A stretch of 64,000 nucleotides of DNA from Paraspadella gotoi. Lineage: Eukaryota; Animalia; Chaetognatha. Each line of letters opens with the position of its first letter. The first letter of the stretch is position 1. Under the pieces are notes generated by a model. That model made no database searches, was not told where the DNA came from, and saw only the letters and a list, made by a program, of their open reading frames with translations. The position numbers were made by a program, and so were the translations under genes. This document shows, piece by piece, positions 55,291 through 64,000 of the stretch. The stretch is from assembly GCA_051294375.1 (NCBI GenBank), contig CM119267.1, positions 25,121,783 to 25,185,782 of the forward strand, read 5' to 3'.

Positions 55291-56340
55291 AACCTTTATC
55301 TCGGAGATCTATTACGTTTTTTACGTTTTTTACAACATAAAAACAATTTGCTCAAACTTAGTCTATGTTTGATTGTTTGTTGATGATGATTGTACTGAAT
55401 CAACATATATTAAGAAACATAAATTTTGGACATGTTTTGGCTTCATCAGCGCAAAAATGAATTGATTTGTGAAACAAATATTTTCACAGACACTTTCAAT
55501 TCATTATTGCGCTGATGAAGTCTTACATTGAAGCCGTTATACATAAACAATTAATTTTCTACCTCAAACAAATAACGCAACAAAATGAAAGGAAAAAACA
55601 ATACTTTTATATTATATTTTTTAAACGGTTAGCAATTGGGTCAATAATGGTTAATTGGTTTATGGGTGGTTAGGGATTAAGGGAAGTTTAGGGTTAGGGG
55701 TGGTTAGGGATTAGGGGTGGTTAGGGTTAGAGATAGTTAGGGGAGGTTTTATAATAAAATTTGTAATAAAAAGTTTTTTTACCCTTACCAGTGTCTTTTT
55801 TTGTTTTTGCGTAGCGAGATTTCTATATGTCGCACATAAGAAGAAAAAAACAAATAACTGACCGCAAAATCCCAGACGGGGAATGCAAAAATAAGCCAAA
55901 AAGATTATTCTTAACAAATTAAACAAAGAATATCTAATCGTCACAGAAACTTAATAATTACCTAAATTATATCGGAAAACGATAAATATTGTAATTAAAA
56001 AAGAGAACCAATTTTGATGTTGTTACCTAGTTGCTTTTAACACGCCTGGGTCAATCGAAAATTTTTTTAAAATTAATTAAATTATATACCAATCGAATTT
56101 AATTTCGAATCGAATGATGGTTTTCTGAAGTTTCTATGACCATTTGTAGCAGAAAAAAAAGGCAAATCAATATCATTAACAAATTTCTCGATTTTGTCTT
56201 TTCAGCAAACGATGGATGTCAGAGAAAAAATGTCGGCGCTAATTTTAGAAAAAGTAGAGTCAAACGTGAATGATTAAACAAAAAATAATGACAAATGACA
56301 AAGCGATATCAAGCGTCGGTGACGACCGTCGTCACGTGAC

Positions 56341-59300
56341 TTAGTTATGATGACTCAAAAATGATATTCCCGATGTGTCGGAAGGAGTCCGTCGATAACG
56401 GGTTGCCTCTGACGACGTTCCCTCAGAAATCTTAGGCTGCTGCGGCGGTGGCTGCAGCTGTTGTTGAAGCTGCTGCAACTGGGGTGGAGGCTGTTGGCTA
56501 TGAACGGAAGCGGTTGGACTCTCCGTGATACCGACGCCGTGAAGAAACAGAGGAGAACCGAAGTCGTAGACGCCCTAACGAGAAAAGGCAGAAAAATGAA
56601 GAGCAAAAATCTTTAAAGTATAGTGATCTCGCCAGACGTTACTTTCAAAAAAAATTAAGAAAAAAATCTATAAAAAAAACCCCGAATGATTGATGCGATA
56701 ACGAGTTATTGATGTAATAATAATTGATTGATGTAATAATAATTGATTGATGTAATAATAATTGATTGATGTAATAGTAATTGATTATTGAGGTGATTAT
56801 AACCAATTATTAATATGATGATAACCAAAAGATTGATGTGATGATACCCAAATATTGATGCGATGATAACCCAATATTGATACGATGATAACCAAATGAT
56901 GGATGATTGGATGCGATGATAGTCATTCATTGACTCGATTAATCATTTATCCTAAAACAAATAAATGTGTATGAGAGAAAGAAAAAGAAAGGGAGAAAAA
57001 AAAAGAAAAAAAAAAGAAAGAAAAAGAGAGAGAAAGAGAAAATGAAAGAGAGAAAAAAAAAAGAGAGAGAGAGAAGAAAAAAAGCTAGACAGCCGCTGGA
57101 TAGTCGCTGCAGAGCTTAACTCATTTTTAGATGAATTGGAAACAGCAGCGATGGAAAAAAAGAGAGCGACATATAATGGAAAAGAGAGAGAGTAACATAT
57201 GTATAAAAGAGAGAGCTGAACAGATGCTGGACAACCGCTGCAGAGATGAACTCATTTATATAAAAATTGTTTTGTAAATAAAACATAAATGAGTGGAGGA
57301 GTATGAAACATAACAATTTAAAAGACCTTAATGATGAGAAACCATATCTAAATTTTCAGCTTCCTATGGTTACACACTTGATCTATTTTCTTAAACCAGT
57401 CTGGCGAGATAAAAAGACAAAGAGACAAAGAGAGACCAAAAAGAGATGCAGAGAATGAGAGACAGAGACAGGCAGAAAGCAAAAATTTTGCTTAAAAAAT
57501 AATTCCACATTTTTTATAATAGAGATTTCCATTCGAATCTGATTACTATGAAAACGGGGAGACATGTGTGATGCCCGAGGTGTGAAGCATCACCCGACAG
57601 CTGGCGCTCAGAGCTTTGGACCTGCAGTGACCACCCCATGTCACTGGTGTGTTTATGCCGACACCATCACACTAACTAGCATTACCATGAGGGGATTGAA
57701 CCCGGAACTCACGGTTGGTGAACAAGTATTTAGCGGTCCAAGCCAATGGGACGAGCTGATTTTCACCAAGCTATACGGGAGGCGAATTTAGGATTCGCCA
57801 CACTACCCACTTTACGCAATTGAGGGAAATTCTGGTAGAAAACAGTTGTAAAAATGCACGATTCTTATAGCGTTGCATCTCAAGAGCTCGACAATTTTTT
57901 TTTATGGCATTTGATAAAGAATTTACTATCAACCAAGCTCAGAGAAATGACCTCATCTCCGGTAAATTTCAATTTTTTAACATTACAAACACGATTTCGG
58001 TATGTTAGGGTTATTAATTAAACTTATATTAATTAGCCTTATATCTCAATTCCTTTATAAGTCACTTTTCAGTCGGTTTGTCGGTCGATCCTTATATCTG
58101 TCCGTCGGTCTGTCCCACTTATATTAAAAATGATCATAACTTGCATATAGTTAGTTGTTAATTTGTCAAGACAGGAAAAAAAAATCAAATCTAAGGGACA
58201 GCTAGCGCCGCCCTCAAGAAATCCAAAAACTATAAAGAATAAAAAAACAAAATTCCGATGCAGTGCGTGTCACAAATACACGGGCGAAGAAAGTTATTTT
58301 AGTCATGTCACGTCATGTCATGTCAAGTAATCAGTCACTGAGGCGCAACACATTTGAATTACCGTTCTCGTTTCTTTTTTTTATTTCATGATGTTTTTGG
58401 TGACAAACGATCAGGTTTAAATGAAGTGGTCCAGTTTTCTTCGCTAATTTTTTATTTAAAGAAAATTAAAAGAAAGGTTGAGAGAAAAAACTGATTTTTC
58501 CGAATATCTTTTGAAGAAACAAAGATAAAAAGATGGCAATAGTACCAAAATAAAGCCATAATCATAGGGCACATACAAGATACAAATTTACAATCATTTT
58601 TCCTAAAACCTCCCTACAGGAGGAGTGCCAAACTAATTTTTTTCGAAATAAGAGAGAAAAAAGAAAGACACAGAGAAGAAAATTAATGAAAAGAGGAAAG
58701 AAAATCGGAAAACAATCAAATTTTTTGTGGTTTAAACCAACTTTATCGGCTCCGGTGAACGAGAGACGAAACTAAACCCAAAACTTTCCCATAAAAAATT
58801 CAACTTTTGATTTAAAAATATTTTGATTCGCACTTTTCTTTTAATGAGGCCTTTCACCTTTGCCACCGACTCTTCAAAAACCTTTTAAATTCACCTTTTG
58901 ATTGAGAAAGTCTTCAAAGTAAGGCATGTCTTGCTCAGGAATGAACGGACGCATTTCCACCAACATGTACTTTCGTTCGGGCCCAAATAGGTCACAAACT
59001 AAAGAGGAGAGATGAAAAAATAAAAGAGGGCGACGATGATTCTAATTCGCTGCAACTCACCCTTCTGGCAAAAGCTGACAAAGTCTGCCGTTTCGTGCCA
59101 CTGGGTGAGCAGCGAGGCGAAGCGGTTGAGCTCCTCATTGGAGAGTTTGAGGTGGAGACGTTTGGTGAAGTCCTCGATGAGCTCTCGACTCTCCACCGTC
59201 GAACTCATGTCGCTCTCCGAACGCTCCAGCAACACGACGCCGCTCTGCATCGAGGAGCGGGCGGGGACGCCGGAGGAAGAGGACCACGTGCTGGAGCGAA

Positions 59301-62195
59301 GAAGTGGATGAAGGAAGGATTAGAAAAGTAAACAGTCATTGAATGTCCATATTCCTCGCTAGTCACCTGTGAATGTCGGCAGAGGAAGAGAAGGAGGGGT
59401 GATAGCGGATACGACCGCCGCCGTTGGACACGCTCGCGCCGACGCCGACGACGCTTCCGCTGCGTGACGGGAAGGCGGAAGAGACGCTGACTCCGGCGCC
59501 GTCGCGGATCTGTCGGTCGAAGAATTGCATCGTGGCTTCGGTGTAGACGAGTTGGAAAGACTGAGACACCAAAGAGCAAATCTCCTCCGCGGATGACTTG
59601 CCAGTGACCTAAAAAAAAAGAAAGAAAGAAATAAGTAAAGAAAATAAAGAAATGAGTAAAGAAAAGAAAGAAAAAGACCTGCAACACAACGAGATCGCAA
59701 GATTGCTCGGCATCCTTTGACTTCGCCGACATCGTCGTCGTCTTACTGTCTCCGCCGTCGCCGAAACCGGCGCTGACCTTCATGGCCAAGTAATGCGCGG
59801 CGTCGTCATTGACGTAAGAGACGGCGCCGATTTCGTGCGTCGGCAGGCGGACGATGAGATCCTCGTTGACGTCGTGGCGCGACAATTTGACGTCATAGGC
59901 GCCGATAGAGAGAATGGCGGCGAAATCGTCGTCGCCAGAGTTGGGGCGGGGCAGAATCCCTCGCCGTCGCCCGTCGTCGATACAGCGCAGGAGTTCGGTT
60001 CGGTTATTCGCGTCGAGGGAGGAAAGGACGCTTGGGACGATTCCCAAGAAACGAACCTTGAAAAGGCGAGAAAAGCGAAGAAGGTGGAGAGGAAAATAAC
60101 AAGTTTGAGCAAACAATGTCGGATCTGCCCACGATCATTATCGCTAATTAATTAATTAAATAATTAATTATTTAATTAGATGTTTGTTTTTATGTCTTTT
60201 CGTCACTAACCACGACAAAACCAAAGACGACGATGAGAATAATGCCAATAACGATTGACTTTATTTATTGAATGATTATTTAATTATTGATTAATTAATT
60301 GACTAATTGATTAATTAACTGATTAATTATTTAATTAATTAATACATCTTGCATTTACATTTAAAAAGAAAAAGAAGCATATGTGGTGAATCTTAAATTC
60401 GCCTCCCGTATAGCTTGGTGAAACTCAGCTCGTCCCATTAGCTTGGACAGTTAAGTACTCGTTCACCAACCATGAGTTCCGGGTTCAATCCCCTCACGGT
60501 CACGCTGGTTAAAGTGTGATGGTGTCGGAATAAACACGCCAGTGACATGGGGTAGTCACTGTAGGTCCAAAGCCCTGAGCGCCAGCTGTCGGGAGATGCC
60601 TCATACCCCAGGCATCACACATGTCCCTCCATTGCCATACATAATCAATTAGTGAAACAGGTTTTTTGTTTTTTTCCATTTTAACTCATTTACACACAGA
60701 CGATTCCATCAAAACTTGATTTCCAGCTTAATCACACACTTTCCTACCCACATACAAAATTTAAAGTCAATCGCCCCATATACTCATCAGTAATTGGCGT
60801 TCAAAGCTAAGGGGGAACGGACAGATGGACGGACGGACATGGTTTTTTTTTTTGCAAAATTTATCATAATTCGATGTTCTGACATGATCTAAGTGTCATA
60901 CCGACAAGCTTTTGGGGTGGGACCGACAAAGTGAATTATAGAGCCGACATCTGCTGTAAGCAGATCTGGCTAAAAATGTGAGAAAATATATAAAAAGAAA
61001 GCGTTTAAAACTGAGATCTCGAGATTACTTTGTGGTGGTATATTCACACCACCTCACGTCCACGATCGTTCAGCCAATACCAGCCAATACCAGAATAAAA
61101 TCGCATATATATATATTAAAAAACCCACCCAAAAAAACCCAAAAGAACCAGCTAAAAAAAAACAAAAAAAAAACAACTAAAAAGTTTGTTTTTTTATTAA
61201 CTCAAATATTGTATCCGAACATCAAAATTTATTTTTATCTCAAAAGACAATTTAGTTCGGCAAAAACATGTACTTCAATTTTTAATGTATTAGTAATTTA
61301 TATAAATGTTTATGATGCATATTTATATAAAATTATTTTGAGTATTTAATTACTATTTTCTAATAAGATTAAGTTTATACACTTTTTTCATAACAGGTTT
61401 TATTCAGAAAATATAATATTTATATTTATTACATTTCTGTTTACCATAAAAAATATTAATTAATTAATACTATTATTAAATATTATCAGTATATTTTTAT
61501 CAGTAATCACTTAAAAAGTATAAATATTTTAAATTTGTATATTAAAAAGTATTAATATGACTGTCTGCTATATATAATTTAAAAAAAAACCAAAAAAACC
61601 AAATAAAACCCCAAAAAACCCCCAAAAAACCAAAAAACCCCCCCAAAAAAAACCAGTGGGCTGGGTTTTTTTTATAAAACCAGGCTATTGACAACCCAGG
61701 CCAATACCATTGGCTCAGAGGGGGAACACACCATCCCAGGCGTAGTGTTCCATCCACAGTCCTAACGATTTCCCTCTGCGTTGGCAAAGCGAGACCGTCC
61801 TAGGGTAACCGCGCCAGTGACTGGATGCGTCACTGAGGGTCGGAAGCCCCCAAAGCTAACAGTGAGATGCCTCATCCCAATGGGCATCACAGGCAACCCA
61901 GCTGTTGCCATAACTTCATCATTTCGTGGCCAGTTTCTTCAAAAAAACATCTCAAACTCACCGCCAACTCGACGTGTGATTCGACGAGTATCTCAGGCGG
62001 CACCACGTAGTCGGGCGGCGTCGTCGGATGCGTCTTCAATGGGCGGCGTTCGAGTTCGACAAGGCCGGGCGACGCCGAGGGCGCTGAAAGAGCGGGAGGG
62101 GACGCGATCGGCGCGCTTCCGGTCTGACGCTTGTCTTTCGTGGCGATGATTCGTAAATAATCGATGGGATTTGATTTCCCTTTGCGCTCGTCCAT
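56341..62195 (-). CDS. CCM2: Cerebral cavernous malformations 2 protein (malcavernin)-like, multi-exon
   Basis: ERRPLKT...DYVVPPEILVESHVE|VRFLG; PTB domain (IVRLPTHEIGAVSYVNDD...SQSFQLVYTEATMQFFDR); harmonin-homology domain (KLSNEELNRFASLL...LFGPERKYMLVEMRPFIPEQD). Last exon 56341-56575 is in phase. Confidence 0.88.
56705..56935. repeat. AT-rich short tandem repeats (TTGATGTAATAATAATTGA; GATGATAACCCAATATT)
   Basis: Visible ~20-bp periodic units. Confidence 0.7.
57547..57802 (-). mobile_element. Solo LTR, family B, in a CCM2 intron
   Basis: Reverse-complement homologue of 60382-60639; flanks TTAC/CTAC (3 of 4 match). Confidence 0.82.
57600..57680 (-). ncRNA. Twister ribozyme, type P5 (family B), GCC>ACC variant
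   Basis: Minus strand: GCTAG-tta-GTGT-GA-TGG-tgtcggca-TAA-ACAC-ACC-AGTGAC/GTCACT-CAGG-TCCAAAGC-TCTG-..CCAGC. Confidence 0.75.
60382..60639 (+). mobile_element. Solo LTR, family B, in a CCM2 intron
   Basis: TGTGG...GCCATA, CATA/CATA TSD; tRNA-like segment with TAGCTTGG and GGTTCAATCCC; twister follows. Confidence 0.88.
60504..60586 (+). ncRNA. Twister ribozyme, type P5 (family B), apparently intact
   Basis: GCTGG-ttaaa-GTGT-GA-TGG-tgtcggaa-TAA-ACAC-GCC-AGTGAC/GTCACT-TAGG-TCCAAAGC-CCTG-..CCAGC; predicted cleavage at T60531/A60532. Confidence 0.88.
60700..60977 (-). mobile_element. Helentron/DINE-1-like (HINE) fragment
   Basis: GGACGGACGGAC microsatellite and terminal hairpin AGCC-GA..ATCTGCT/AGCAGAT..GGCT next to an A-run; similar ends at ~37520-37610 and ~39290-39365. 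Confidence 0.45.
61081..61699. mobile_element. Non-autonomous hAT-like DNA element inserted in the LTR
   Basis: 8-bp duplication GCCAATAC on both sides; AAAAACCC-rich subterminal tracts; right end ...TTGACAACCCAG; left TIR appears deleted. Confidence 0.55.
61780..61860 (+). ncRNA. Twister ribozyme, type P5 (family A), apparently intact
   Basis: GTTGGC-aaa-GCGA-GA-CCG-tcctaggg-TAA-CCGC-GCC-AGTGAC/GTCACT-GGG-TCGGAAGC-CCC-..GCTAAC; predicted cleavage at T61806/A61807. Confidence 0.86.
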
Positions 62196-64000
62196 CTTTT
62201 TGCAGCGAGATGAGTTTTTTTCCTCGAGGTTTAGACTTCAGTTCACTTAATATATAGTATATACGTAATATGGTACGTCTTCTTTTTCATAGAAATCATT
62301 TTTTTAGAAATTTCCTTCCTCGTAATTCGTTGTCAACATCTGTTTCAATCGGGATTGAAATATAATTTGAATGAAAGAGCCCAAAAGAGACACGAGAAGA
62401 ACACGAAAAATCATTGAGAGTGGGACACCTACATACAAGGATATGTCAAATGCAAAATTCTTAATAATACGTAATAATTCGCGAACGTTGTCAACCGTAA
62501 TACTACAAGTATGAAGCAATACTAATATTAATAGTGGGATACATAGTATAGTTAATACTTAACGATGTAACGTTCGATCACGCTATATACTACTTATTTA
62601 GTAATTTATACAAGTGGACTAAAGATTCCGGATTCGGAAAAAAAATCATGAAGTTATATCCTAATTACTATAGCCGAAAAAATTAATTTCTTCTCAAATA
62701 ATAAAAATAAGATTATTGCTTTCATTTTATTGGTCGCGTGACACATAATTTCGGTACATTAATTGATCTGTTTAGTGTTTACAGTAAACATTTGAGGCAA
62801 TTAGTCAAAAATCAAATATTTATTCATTAACTATGAAAGATTTTGTGACCTCGCGTCCATTCATTTTTCCCTGGACATTTCAGTTGACCTTTTTAGACCA
62901 GTCTTTTCACGAAAACCTCGTCACTTGTTATTCGATCAGAATCATTTTTAAAGGAAAGATCGGCCGTCTGGAACCGTAGTTTTTACGGATTCCAAGGATT
63001 TATTACAAACATTTCTTTGACATTTCATTGATTTGCCATGTATTTATATCTACAAAAATACAAATAATTCACGATTTATTCTATATTTCTCGACGTTTTC
63101 ATAACGCTTCGAGATTTAGTAAGCTCCGACTGCCGACGCCTCGAACTCGCGACCCCATTGGCATAGAAAATACAAAAGAATTTCTACAAACTATTAATTA
63201 TGTTACATTTAGCCAAAATGATAATTAATGGGATTAAGACTTTTTTTTCTTTATTAAATTATTAGTTGTCTATAAAATTTATTAAAGAATTAAAGTAAAA
63301 AATTGATATTCTCACCAAACCACTTTTAAATTGTTACGAAGACTACTATTACTAATAATAGTATTATTCTAGTAAGATTTTGTTTAAAAACTGGCGAAAT
63401 TTTACCTTGTTTTAATTTGACTTTTGTGATCAAAGTTGAAGGTGATTCAACACATTATCACCCAAACCAGAGATGTGGAAGCGATCGATTTTCCACCGCT
63501 GCCAATCCGGCGCTTCCCAAGACCCCTCACGCTCCCGTTTTCAGGTGCAATCCTTACTTTTTTAGACCGGATCGCTTTCGGTTTCGAGTGCACATCGCTT
63601 CCTTCCTTTAGAAATTTTACATTTGATATTATTTATAAAAATACTCTTTAGACATATAATTTATTGGTAGAATAATTTTAAGCAATCATTTTTGTTAACA
63701 TATGATAAGTGAAATTTTAATTAAACTTGTCTCAATTTTTTAAAGTCTTTTACTATGAAAAATTGTAAGATTTGTAAGATTGTAAAAATTGTCCGAGTGG
63801 AAATGAGTTTAAATGGAAAAAACAAAAAACCTGTTTCCCTATTTGCTTATGCTTTTTTCTTTTTAATTAAATGTAAATGCAAGCTGCATTAATTATTCAA
63901 TTAATTAATTAATTAATCAATTAACAAATCAACTAATCAATCAAAAAATTAATGATTCAATTTTTTTATCAATCAATCAATCAATTAATTTATCAATCAA

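Larger units (their letters stand above)
61031..61912 (+). mobile_element. Solo LTR, family A, split by a ~620 bp insertion
   Basis: 5' part 61031-61080 and 3' part 61700-61912; ACTT/ACTT TSD at the outer ends. Confidence 0.88.

Overview
Eukaryotic (invertebrate animal-like) genomic DNA with GT-AG introns, CpG-rich exons and AT-rich introns. Six intron-containing genes, all on the minus strand: GOLGA2/GM130 (runs off the window start), an NSD-family H3K36 methyltransferase, RALBP1, RCCD1, TXNDC11 and CCM2. A repeat-rich, gene-poor stretch spans about 20.9-41.2 kb. The main find is a set of about 230-260 bp dispersed repeats in four sequence families. Each combines a Pol III/tRNA-like promoter segment with a circularly permuted (type-P5) twister ribozyme showing base-pair covariation between families. 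Most copies have LTR-like ends (TG...TA; one TA...CA) and 4-bp target-site duplications. One copy (22542-23148) is a two-LTR element with a short non-coding interior, so these look like TRIM/retrozyme-like non-autonomous LTR retroelements carrying twister ribozymes, plus their solo LTRs. Also present: TA-flanked MITEs, a deleted Tc1/mariner, a LINE RT fragment, Helentron-like pieces, minisatellites and some stretches that look like low-quality assembly. All calls were made by eye; exon boundaries are approximate.
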